From contig NMRA01000641.1 of assembly GCA_002633005.1 (NCBI GenBank), positions 110,361-174,360 of the forward strand: a DNA stretch of 64,000 nucleotides. The letters run 5' to 3'. The notes beneath the pieces are model-generated. The model was not told where the DNA came from. It saw nothing but the letters and a program-made list of their open reading frames with translations, and ran no database searches. Shown here piece by piece: positions 11,958 through 24,152 of this stretch. How positions within the stretch are numbered: the stretch's first letter is position 1; each line of letters opens with the position of its first letter. The DNA is from Phoronis australis. Its lineage: Eukaryota; Animalia; Phoronida. Both the position numbers and the translations under genes were made by a program.

Positions 11958-14787
11958 TAGAGAACATGGTTGTTCTCACATGGTTAAAACTCCTTATTCC
12001 TGATCTCCCTCACCTAAAGCAACGTTACGGCACCTAACTCCCATCTCGTACCCTAGCCACGCTAAAACCGGAGATCTCTCAAGCAATGAACTCGTTGCTT
12101 GACGAAATAAAACAGACTGCAGATGCTAAGATACTACGCAACAGTACTAGCAAATTCGACTCCAAACGCTCTAACTTCCACACACCCAAACGGACCTCAA
12201 CCAGCAGACCATCGTGCCCCCTGTGTGCAAGCTCGTCGTGCGGAGACACAGCATTTGCTCAGCAAATACCCATTTCTTCCACCACAAGATCGTCTTTTTA
12301 TGAGTAAGGCGCGACAACTTACCTGTTCAGAAGACCATAGAGTAGATGACGCCAATGTGAACGATGACGACGACTGCTTTAACTTTCGCGTGTCATCCCA
12401 TCGTGTCCGTGTGAACATGTCTTCACCGTTGACACAGGTGCTAAGACTAATATGATTAAGGCATCCTTCGCAAGGTTCATCGACGCCCCCATCAAACCCA
12501 GTACTCAGTGCGCTTTCCAAGCTGACGGCAAGTCACCGTTGTCCGTAGTCGGGGAAACATCACTCTCGGTTTCCCGAAATGACCAAAAATTGCTCCTCGA
12601 GGCGCTCGTCGTTGACGATCTGGACGTCGATGTGGTGGCTGGGACCCCATTCATGACATCGAACGATATCGCTGTTCGACCAGCAAAGCGTCAAATCACG
12701 ATCCGAGGGACTGACATAATCACCTACGGCTCTGGGAAAAAGTCTGCCACAAGTCCACACCATGTCCGCCTCATGCAGTCACATCTGTTACGATCACCGA
12801 GGTACTCCACAGTTTTGTGGCCAGGGGATATTTTGGAGGTTACCGTTCCACCAGGTGTTGATCCTGATGGATTCCCTGCCATTGAGCCACTCAAGTAAGC
12901 CATGGCCTCAGCCTGCTATAGTTGAGTCTGTAAGCAGCAAGATTCGGAGTGTAAACTCTTCCACGGAACCATACATATCCCTCGTAACAACCACTTTGGT
13001 CAAGTTCGCGCTACCGCCCCGAACTTCCAGCTAGTCACGGACTCTGTACCACCAACCAGCTCCATGCGTTCTCTCACGGAATCTTCTACAACACGGTATT
13101 CGAGCTCTGTTGTGTTAGACCCTGACTGTTTGCTGTCACCTGAGACCAAACAACTGTTTTGCAGTGTCATGAATGAGTACAACCAGGTGTTTAGCCCTCG
13201 CGTTCCTGGCTACAATGGGTCTGCGTTGACGACATCCTGCAAGGATCGACTCGTCTCCCATTCACGACTCGCTCCACCTGGATTGCTACTCAGTTGGAAT
13301 GTCCTGATCTACGTGTCCATGCTCATCTGAAACAGGGCACTCGCCCTTCTAAGAAGCTCACTTCCTTACCAGACATGAAGCGTTACCTCAGGGTTACCAC
13401 GATCTCCCGTGATGGTCTACTCGTTGTACGTCGAAGCCAAGCCCTGTTTGGTGCTTCCGAGATGATTGTCGTGCCCCGGGCTGTTCTTGAAGGGTTGCTT
13501 ACTGCCATTCACATCAAGCTTTTCCACCCTTCCAAGCATCAACTGAAGCTGGTTGTCAGTCGCCACCTCTACGCGTTAGATCTCGATAAAGCCATTGACC
13601 GGGTTTGTGAATCATGCCACGTATGTGCGTTCCTGAAAGCCTCCCCCTGTGCTTTTGTCCCACAATCGACTACTGACCCGCCAGAGGTTCCAGGCATTTG
13701 CTTCGCTGCAGATGTCTTGAAGCGTTCGCACAAGCTCATTGTTTTTGTGCGTGAAACGGTCACATCGTATTCTTCCACTTGTCTTATTGACACTGAGACA
13801 CATACTGTGCTCCGAGACGCTCTAATCCAACTCCTGTCAGAACTACTCCCATTTGATGGACCGTCGGCCATTGTCCGGGTCGATCCCGCCCCTGAGTTTT
13901 GTGCGCTCCAGAACGACAAGCTGTTACACTCAGTTGGCATACGTCTAGAAGTTGGTCGCTTCAAGAACCCAAACAAGAATCCCGTGGCAGAAAAGGCAAT
14001 TGCTGAACTTGAGAACGAGTTGTTGCGCCAGCAACCTGGAGGGGGTCCAGTGACTAAGCTAGGTCTGAGCAACGCCACAGCCCGACTCAATTCCCGTCTT
14101 CGCTCTCGTGGTTTGTCATCTTGAGAAATGTGGTTCCAGCGAAATCAGTATACTAATGAACAACTCCCTGTGTCTGACAGAGAAATGATTTTACAACAAC
14201 ACCGTGCCCGGAATGCGAATCATTCACACAGCGAAAAATCGAAGAATCCCCAAGGACGACACTGGCTTCGCCCTACCTCTTTGGCTGTAGGTGATCTAGT
14301 GTACCTCCACGCAGATCGCGACAAGACAAAGGCTCGTGATCGATACTTGGTAGCGTCCATCGAGGACGACTGGTGTTATATCCCCAAGTTTGTTGGTTCG
14401 CAACTACGCTCCACATCATACAAAGTCCAACTGGATGATTGCTATGTTGTGCCCGGGTTTTTCTCTCCGCGTGCCGAGTTGCCTTCACCAGCTCCGACGC
14501 TGGATGACGACGATGTACCGTACTCCACTGACACTCGTCCTGTTGATATGCCGTCCGCCGATTCTTCGTCTGTCACGTTGCCTTCTGATCTTCCGCTTCC
14601 GCCAGTTCCTCAGTCATTGTCGCTGCCTCCGGACGATGCCACCGTTTCTTCCAAAGACGACAACCCCTGCCCTATATCCAACGCTTGCTCTGATGCCCAG
14701 TCCGTCCTCACAGAGTCCAACGACTGTTGTCGACCGAAACGTTCTCACCGCCCACCCTCGTATTTACAGGATTATGTACTTAACTAA
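11958..14787 (+). mobile_element. Degenerate Ty3/Gypsy LTR retrotransposon: gag tail, protease region and integrase; RT/RNase H missing
   Basis: Gag-like [34 protein letters not shown]; protease-region ADGKSPLSVVGE; integrase HHCC (IHIKLFHP..CESCHVC) and DDE (FAADV, RVDPAP, PVAEKAI); C-terminal PPSYLQDY; premature TGA at 14122-14124 and frameshifts; purine tract at 14850-14862. Confidence 0.9.
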
Positions 14788-17137
14788 GGACAGTTAAAGT
14801 TTCCTCACATTTATTAGCCTACTTATTTGTTGTTAGTTTATGTTTTTGTGGAGAAAGAGAAGTCACGCCAGTCCACCAGATGTCGTTTCGGTATAGTCAG
14901 CGCCTTCTCTCTCTCTCTCTGCCGTCTGTTCTGGTATCGTTCATTCTGTTCACAGGCGCTTGGGTTTATCTGTTCCTCGATCGCAAATGACGTCACTCAC
15001 TACTATATGTAAGAAAACATAAAGGTTGGACACTCGAAATCTGTTTCCTCAAAATTTTCTACCCAAATGTGCATGGAACTCCACGAAACTAGCATCGAAC
15101 AACTCTTAGAATACCTTCTTTCATTTGATCTGTTCAAATTGCCTTCGAGTGGTGATTTGGCGACAAAAATGCCAAAAGAATGCCAAAATCACAAATTCAA
15201 GGAACTTATTCCGTGATGTCATAGCAGACGGTCTTCGCACATCCGGGTTTTTGACGGACGCTCCCGAGCTAAATCCGAAAGTCTAATTTCGCGCGGCTTT
15301 CATCGTCAGTCCCTCGGCTACTTGATCATGAGAAGCAGAGAGCACTTTATTGCCAAATAAATGTAATTACTCACATATTTATGTCAAATATAAATTATCC
15401 TGATACTGTATTGATATGCGAAGTTATTTTGTGTACTGTGATTTCGCATGAAGGTTTAGCTTTTGGCCAAAACCATTGAGTTAAAACTCGTCGGCCACCC
15501 GCATTGTAATACTTGCACGGACTGCGTTTCCTGGCCGAGTGTGTGTTGTGCTTTAATCAAAAAAGTGCGTGATGTCAAGATGAGAAACAAGATACGCCAG
15601 TTTATGCAATAAAATTCTAAATTAAGGGGTAAAATGAGCTGTCAGTGGAATAAAGTTACAAATAATCACTAAAATACTAACTTTAACATTCTCGATTAGT
15701 TTTCTGAGTTTTGGATTAGAATTATTGAATTTGAAATATAGGTTGCTTGCTCAACTCGAAGTTTCACCTACGACAGGCGTACAAGTTGAAGCACAACTGA
15801 AATCCGCCATGTGTAATATTTTAGGTACTTGAATTCCGAGTTTTGAGATTGTTTTGGAATTCCATGACCAATTCACCACTCACGAGGACAGTTAATAGGA
15901 TCTGGGAAAGATAAGGCTTCGAAGGTTTACGCAATACCAGACTGACGGAGGTGCCCGCAGATTTTATTTGGATTTTGGATAGTTGAAGTTGGGAACCTCG
16001 GCTTGGCAAAGTTTTAGTGTCCAACCTTTATGTTTCTTATATATATGGTTACGAGTGATCTGGAAATCCGAGCGCCTTTGATTCTATTTAGCTCTCAATA
16101 AACCTCAGTGTTTCGTCCACAGTTGTTCGTTCTGCATAAGCAATTGCCTTCTGGCGTATAGTCTTTAAAAAGTTGCTAATGGTAAGGTATGCTTACAATG
16201 AATCACAACAAAATTTACTTCGGATTGTTCTCCAACCCCCTCGAACCCCCACCCCACGACCACCTCGACCTACAAACCCCACGACCTTCGACCCACGACC
16301 CAAAACCCACACGACCTGAGGAAATAGATGTATCTTTGCGCTTTTTACACATTTCGTAATCATATTTCGTCGCTGAGTGACTTTCCCATAAGATTTACAT
16401 ACACGCGAATCTGCTCTGGCTCAAGCCTGGTGGTTAAAACCAGAAAGTGGCGTGAGAACGCTGGTCTGAAATAGCGGATTGTAGTGAGTGTGCTATTGTT
16501 TTCATGGAAATAGTTCCACGAGCGGCTACCAATGGCCCGGTCCTACTAAATTTAAGGAATGCACAGAATTTCACATTTTTATGATTTACTTTCTGTTGTA
16601 TCCTTGCTCACAATATATTCTATATGTAAAGCTGAGATACTTTATAGTTAACAGTTTGTTTTTTCAAACAGTATTTACTGAAAAATTACATATCCGTGGG
16701 TTCCTCGATCTCTCCAAAAAGCTTGAATTTGCCACTCTCTAAGGATCAGACGAGACGATTACACTCTGCCACTGAGGAACGACATTTGCAACGTTGGTAG
16801 GTCTTCGATTTGATTTGGTCTCGTTTTCTCTGTTTTTGGCCTTCAAACTTGCCAGATTGACTTAATTGCAAATAAACAAAGCCAGCCGAGCTTACGGCCA
16901 TGAGACTTGTTGGTCCTGCAGATCGAGTCGAGCTTGTGTAGACTGGGTCGAGGGGGTGGTGGGCCGTGGGGGTCGTGGGTTGAAGGGACGTGAGTTGAGG
17001 GGGTACGTCTATTTCATGTGTTATATTTTTCAAATATCAATCTCGACCAAGTTGAATTTTAAAATTAAAACACCTAATTCTTTCGTCCAAAGCATAACCT
17101 CGTTTTAGAGCTCAATTTCAGTTAACTGGACAGAACA

Positions 17138-17298
17138 CAGTGCTGAATTTAGAGGGAGTCAAGGGGGCCATGCCCCCCCCTAAAATTCTCCCAGATTCCA
17201 TTTGGCAGTTCAGGAGCGCGAATGTCTGACGGGCAAAATCCTGGCTAATACTCTGCCTTGCCCCCCCCCCAAAGGCTCAAAGTCCTGGATCCCCCCTG
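17138..17298 (+). mobile_element. Short hAT-like MITE (CAGTG...GGATCCCCCCTG family) with 5-bp TSD GAACA
   Basis: GAACA at 17133-17137 and 17299-17303; related copies at ~25055-25197 (inverted), ~43131-43290 (inverted), ~49550-49701, ~52356-52503, partial copies at 24425-24480 and 26125-26181. Confidence 0.8.
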
Positions 17299-18900
17299 GA
17301 ACAAGCATAGTTATCATGATTCTTCACTAGGTCTCGTTGCGCCACCCATGAGACTTCCTTGTTACCTTATGGTGTAGCCATCACGCGCGTTTAATGCCGA
17401 TGAATAACATAAAGCCTCTTCTAATCTTTTGCATGATCCTGTCATATACGCAAACACCACTCGGGCCGGATACGTGCAGCGCTATCAGGACCAAATTCAA
17501 AATAAATATTGTCGATATTTGCGAAGGACCACTCAGGTGATGTAAATTGGTATCTCATACTTCAATTCACCATATCGTACACGGCTGCACTTCATGTGAT
17601 GAGCATCTTCGAGTTTCCATACACCTAAGTGCAAAATAGAAGGACGGAGATGGAGTGATCTTGAACTCGGCAGTATAGGAGCCAACCACGCAACCGTTTT
17701 CAAACTTCCAACGACTTCGCACAGTAAGTACGACAAAGTTGAGCCACGTTTTTTTTTTTAATTCGCGCGCTCCAACTGAAACACACTTTGTTGAAGTTGC
17801 TCTGAACGTGTGAAATCGGCTGCTTGGTGGCTTTGCGATGGTTTACCTAATTAGGGCTTGGAATGACCAATGACAAAAAAGAAGAAAATTTTCCACATGA
17901 CGTATCGTTCCACAAATAGACTTGTGTGATAGAAATACTTTTTGTGTTTTAAAAGTTAACTGAAATAACGTTTTTACATGAATAAAATCAAAATGGTGAT
18001 CAAAAAGAGAAGAAAAATGAGGCAAATGGAAATCAAATAACAGGAAATTGAAAGAGGAAATCCTCTTAAAAGAAGAAAATTCCAAGCTCTGTAGAATATC
18101 CACCATTTTTTCATAGTTAAAGAGGGGACTTCAGAAACAGCGGGAGTTAACAGTCTTGCACAGCAAACCTGGAGCAAAAATACGCAAAAAATACATAGGC
18201 TTCCAGAATCCCGGACCGTGTTGCAAATTGGGACCAAGAACACCGCTGAAGTTAGTGATGAAGAAACCCAATGTCCCCAATATTATTAAGATAGTGCGAT
18301 GAGCTTCAAGTGTATTTGGAAAACTTGTCATCGAGTTGGGCTTCAAATTCATAGGCGGATTCGGGGGGGGAGGGCAGGGGCGCCCGGGCTGCCGCAAAAA
18401 AATAGTAAAACAGCAAGAGCGTAAGGAAATGTCGACTTTATTAATTTACCCCGGTAATTAAAATTATACAGCTGAAACAAGATTTAAATGCGTGCATTTT
18501 TAATGTTTGAGGGAGGGGCTCAGATCCAATTTCAAGTGTCAAATTCGGAACACGGCGCAATCGTAACGGAACTATGGCAAAGTACAGGCTCTCCTGCGAT
18601 ATCTCAGGCGACCGGCAGTGGCGCTGGGCACTGCGACTCCGTTTCCGTCGTCTGCTCCACTGTGCAATGAAAAAATACTTCATTTTTAAAGGAAATGGAA
18701 TCTGAGTGATGGTGAAAAAACAGAAGCTGCTGGTAAGATGTCAAGTTTAATCGAAGCCTTAGTGAATCACTCAGAAACTCATAATTCTCTCTTTGTCAAA
18801 CCTTAACTTAAGACGATTTCCAAAGCAACGCGTCATTATTGCCAACACAAATAAACGGATTTGGTCTTTTGGCCAATTGAAGACTATTTTAAATACAACN

Positions 18901-21900
18901 GTGGTGCATCAGTGAACGCAATCCCTGCTAAGTATGTCCCTAAAATGAGGCTAAAGCCCCCAACGAAGAAGCTATTCGGGTGGTGCGGTTCAGAAGGAAT
19001 CAAACCATTAGGAGAGGGTACAGCCAAAATTGAGAATCCTGCCAAAGGTAGATGCTACAACTTCGAATTCCGTGTGATGTCAGAGAATTTGACGCCCATT
19101 CTAGGAGCCGACGCATGCAAACAGACGGGTCAGATCACTGTGAATAGTGAAAATATGTGTAGCATTGAGAATCGTGGCGATCTGCTTGAGAAATATGCAG
19201 ACATTTTCAATGATGATATTGGTACACTACCTGGTGTGGTACACCTGGAAGTTGATGCTGCCGTAACTCCAGTTGTTACGCCTGCCAGACGCCTTCCAGC
19301 AATGTTGAAGCCTAAATTAAAACTGGAATTAGATAAGCTGACCGAGCAAAAGGTACTAGCGCCCGTAAATAAGCCAACCGATTGGGTAAGCAGTCTCGTG
19401 GTAGCGACAAAGAAATCAGGCGATCTCAGAATATGCATAGATCCCCGACCCTTGAACAAGGCTCTGAAAAGAGAACACTTCTACTTACCTATCCTTGATG
19501 ATGTTTTGCCAGAGCTGATGAAAGCAAGAATTATCTCGACTGTTGACCTGAAATCCGGCTATTGGCATGTGGTGCTTGATGAGGAATCTTCTTACCTGAC
19601 TACGTTCGGTACACCGTTTGGTAGATTTCGATGGTTACGTCTTCCATTTGGTACAAATGTCAGCAGCAAATTGTTCGCAAAGCGTCTGTATAGCTGCGTT
19701 GGTGACTTACCAGGAGTTGTATGTGTTGCAGATGACCTGATGATTTTTGGATCCGGCAACAACGACGAAGAAGCCACTAAGGACCATGACAACAAGCTTG
19801 AAAAACTATTTCAGCGGTGCAGAGAAGTTGGAATACGTCTCAACCGAGCTAAAATGCGAATACGGCAAAAGTCAGTACCTTTTCTTGGACACATGGTCAC
19901 ACAAGATGGTCTGAAGCCTGACCCTGCCAAAGTGACAGCAGTACAAGAAATGCCAAGACCAACCGATATTGAAGGCATTAGACGACTGAATGGATTTGTG
20001 AATTACCTTGCTAAATTCCTACCTAGACTATGAGATGTGATGGAACCTATTAGGCAGTTGACACGCAAGAATGTGCCGTGGACATGGTCCAACGCACAAG
20101 AAAGTGCACTCACGCAAGTGAAGAAACTTGTGTCAGAGGCACCTGTACTGAGATTTTATGACCCAGCGNCAGCAGTACAAGAAATGCCAAGACCAACCGA
20201 TATTGAAGGCATTAGACGACTGAATGGATTTGTGAATTACCTTGCCAAATTCCTACCTAGACTGTCAGATGTGATGGAACCTATTAGGCAGTTGACACAC
20301 AAGAATGTGCCGTGGACGTGGTCCGAGGCACAAGAAAGTGCACTCACGCAAGTGAAGAAACTTGTGTCAGAGGCACCTGTACTGAGATTTTATGACCCAG
20401 CGAAAGAGCTTTCGATCCAGTGCGACGCTAGTAAGACTGGACTTGGAGCGGCACTACTTCAAGAGGGTCAGCCGCTAGCATTTGTGAGCAGAGCATTGAG
20501 TGACGTAGAAACACGCTATGCCCAACTAGAGAAAGAAATGCTCGCGATAACCTGGAGTGTGGAAAAATTCCACCAGTACACGTTTGGGAGAACGACCCAT
20601 ATGATCAGCGATCATAAACCGCTTGAAAGCATCATGAAGAAAAGCCTTGCCTGTGCACCGAAGCGACTTCAAGGCATGATGATGCGACTACAAAAGTANG
20701 AGAAATTCCACCAGTACACGTTTGGGAGAACGACCCATGTGATCAGCGATCATAAACCACTTGAAAGCATCATGACGAAAAGCCTTGCCTGTGCACCGAA
20801 GCGACTTCAAGGCATGATGATGCGACTTCAAAAGTATGATCTAGTGGTAACATACTGCCAAGGGAAGCAAATGTATCTCGCTGATACCTTGTCTAGAGCC
20901 TATATGCCTACGGCAGAGGGGCACAACAAAAATGAGTTTGAATGTGTGAATGCCTCACAGTTTGTCGCAATAACTGATTCACGACTGGAAGCAATCAGAA
21001 GAGCAACTGAGGCCGATCAAAGTTTGACTGTTTTGAAATCAGTCATCCAAGAAGGCTGGCCTGACGAAAAGGCACGAGTATCACCACTGGCGCAACCATA
21101 TTTCTCTATCAGAGATGAGCTAGCTATACATGATGGTATAATTTTCAAAGGTGAACGCGTTGTGGTGCCAGCTAGCCAAAGGCGTATACTCAAAGAAAAG
21201 ATTCACTCCTCACATCTTGGAATAGATGTAGATGGATGCCTGAGACGGGCAAGAGAATCTATCTACTGGCCGAATATGACAGCAGAGATAAGAGACTACA
21301 TCTCTNACTCAAAGAAAAGATTCACTCCTCACATCTTGGAATAGATGGATGCCTGAGACGGGCAAGAGAATCTATCTACTGGTCGAATATGACAGCAGAG
21401 ATAAGAGACTACATCTCTGGCTGCGACACATGCAGAAAATTCGAGACGGCAAACCCCCCAGAACCATTGATGAGCCATGATTTACCTGACAGACCATGGG
21501 CCAAAGTTGGAACAGATTTATTCACATTCAATGGCAGAGAATATTTGATAGTTGTTGACTATTACAGTAATTTCTGGGAAGTAGATCGACTTTACAGCAC
21601 GAGCGCCACAGCTGTAATTGAGAAGCTCAAAGCACACTTCTCGCGACATGGTATTCCGGATACCATCGTGTCCGACAATGGTCCGCAATATTCGTGCCAT
21701 GATTTTGTAAGATTTTGCAAATCATGGGATATTGTTCATGCAACTAGCAGTCCTGGCAACAGTAAAGCCAACGGTAAAGCAGAGTCTGCCGTGAAAACTG
21801 CTAAGCGCATATTCAGGAAATGTAAAGATTCCGGTAGTGATGTTTATTTAGCTATGTTGGATCACAGAAACACTCCTACCCAAGGTTTGTTATCTAGTCC

Positions 21901-22390
21901 CGCACAACGCTTGATGAGTAGAAGGACCAAAACATTGCTGCCAACAGCCACTTCATTACTCAAACCCGAAGTAGTTAGTCAGCACACAGATCGCGACCTG
22001 AAGCGTCAACAACACAAACAAGCGCACTATTATAACAAATCCGCAAACGAGTTGTCTGTTTTGGAAGAGGGAGATTCTGTGCGTTTGCAACCCTTTACAC
22101 TAGGTCAGAAAGAATGGACCAAAGGTACTGTTTTGAAACGGCTTGACGAGCGATCGTACTCTATTGAAACCCCGACAAGTGTTGTTCGCCGAAATCGCCA
22201 ACACATAAAGCCGGCAAAAGAAGTCAGACAGGCCGAGCCTGCAGACAACAAACCGGAACACGTGGTTGATGAAAAATCTGTCAAAGAAAGCTCCAACCCA
22301 CACACCATCAAAAGTGAAGTAAGACCTAACCAGCCTGTGACAACCAGATCTGGGAGAGTGATTAAGCCACCTGTGAGATACACACAGTGA
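18901..22390 (+). mobile_element. Ty3/Gypsy pol polyprotein (PR-RT-RNase H-IN), K02A2.6/Mag-like, fragmented by assembly joins
   Basis: (D)xGASVN protease cut by n at 18900; RT motifs LRICIDPRPLNK, DLKSGYW, RLPFG, VADD; RNase H QCDASKTGLGA, YAQLEKE, SDHKPL; integrase HSSH..CDTC, VGTDLF, VSDNGPQY, GKAESAVK; C-terminal TTRSGRVIKPPVRY; no LTRs seen. Confidence 0.96.
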
Positions 22391-22651
22391 GGAAATTGAT
22401 CAGAATAATACCAATCACTGTTTGTTCTTGTCACTCTGATAGTCCACCCAGAGTTGACTGGATGACCCAAGAAGTTATTTACTACAGAACTGTTTACTAC
22501 GATGATCCACTAGCAGCTTGTGTTTGTTTTGATTCCAGAACACTGACACTATCACTTAACTGAACTAAGCATATTGTTTACGCTAATTTGTTACTATGCT
22601 GGAATTTGTGTCTTATGATAAACTGAAGACATCTGTTTTCTATTAACTTAA

Positions 22652-22681
22652 CTAGACACCACTGCATGACATGCACTGTGG
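22652..22681 (-). mobile_element. Putative Helitron 3' terminus
   Basis: On the minus strand a hairpin CCAC(AG)TGCATG-T-CATGCAGTGG is followed by TGTCTAG then TT; sits where the Gypsy 3' UTR is cut off. Confidence 0.5.
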
Positions 22682-22945
22682 CTGAAGACAGACTGGAGAA
22701 CTTTAGACACTGGACCATGAGTAAGAACTTTCAGAGAAGGGAGGATGTTATGTTCGTGGTTTTCATTCAACTTGCAGAGTCCAAAACATAACCTTATATG
22801 GCACTGGTAGCTAGAATCATAGATTGTGTAAGTTGTGCAAGACAATTCTCTGAAATCTGATTATGACTCATGAGCATATGATCTTTAGTTCTGACAAACA
22901 AGTTTTCAGTTGAGAGTTAGACAGCATAGTGAATAGATGTATCTT

Positions 22946-23014
22946 NNNNNNNNNNNNNNNNNNNNNNNNNNNNNNNNNNNNNNNNNNNNNNNNNNNNNNN
23001 NNNNNNNNNNNNNN
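22946..23014. other. Assembly gap (N run)
   Basis: Run of n. Confidence 1.
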
Positions 23015-23244
23015 NTAGACCACAACCACCAAAAAGGATTGAAATGCCAAATTTGAAATTTCATTTTCATTACCAAAGACAATCTCACTAAACGTAATCG
23101 CTATTACAGCTGTAATCCCTGACTGAGAAGTTCAACAATACACTGTGTACAGGGGTAAGCCTACAACTACGGCTGTGATTGGCTAAAGCTCAAAGTATTT
23201 AGTGTAAGTAAATGTTTCAGCCTATACAGTATCACAGCCTCAAC

Positions 23245-23340
23245 TGGCCCCAGTACAGACAGTGGCCCCAGTACAGACAGTGGCCCCAGTACAGACAGTG
23301 GCCCCAGTACAGACAGTGGCCCCAGTACACACAGTGGCCA
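23245..23340. repeat. 18-bp tandem repeat x5 (TGGCCCCAGTACAGACAG) inside a MITE arm
   Basis: Direct repeats visible; the unit and flank recur inverted at ~23693-23738. Confidence 0.9.
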
Positions 23341-23747
23341 TCCTATAGGCCATCCTTGCCAGAAACTTTCTGGTGAATTATGCTTCACACTGATTAAACC
23401 AACTAAGTCATGTTGCTATAAGTACCTTCTGCACATGGGGGACATTTTAGGAGGCCATTGATGTCTTTAATTTTTCCCAGCTCGAAGAAATGCATAGGCA
23501 GATCCGGGGGGGTTAAAGGGGTTGTGACCCCCTTTTTCCTTTGATTTTGTGACCTCAAATCTAAATTTTTCAAATTGTCAACTTAGAACCCACTTTTTAA
23601 AAAATCCTTGATTTGACCCCTCTTTAAAAACAGTCGTTGTGAGGCATAACTCGATCGCCAAAAAGCTTTCGGAATATGGAGACCCTAATTAGCATGGCTA
23701 CCGTCTCTACTGGGGCCAGTTGAGACGGTCGGTACTGTCCACGTCAC

Positions 23748-24152
23748 TGTTGCAGCCCAAACCGATGCCTGCGCCAAACTTATTTGCCGCACGTCATTTT
23801 GGTGTGGGTTGGTAAGCCAAACTGAAGCTACCGTGAGTTCTCAAATTACTGTCAGTGGTTTATGGATTTTTTAATGCTTATTAGAACCGTGATTGGCGAC
23901 AATGAGTGCTCACATATTCAGGTCAAATGGAGTAATCACATAGAAGAAAATTCTTGAGACACTATAACGCGCCACCCCACACTAATTGTCGTGGATTTCA
24001 GTTCTGATAATCGTTGAAAAATTCTTTAGCACTTGCAGTAATTTGAGAACATCGGTTTGGCGCAGGCATCAATTTGGCTCACCAACCCATGCCAAAATGA
24101 AGTGTCCCAAAAATTACCCAGTTTGGCGTAAGCATCAGTTTGGGTTGGCAAT
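23748..24152. mobile_element. MITE with ~30-bp terminal inverted repeats
   Basis: CCCAAACCGATGCCTGCGCCAAACT at left versus AGTTTGGCGTAAGCATCAGTTTGGG at right, plus an internal copy at ~24055-24079. Confidence 0.6.

Noticed and set aside
17530-18340. Possible hAT/ZNF862-like transposase relic on the minus strand
   Set aside because: Only vague Cys/Trp/His spacing, no continuous recognisable motif
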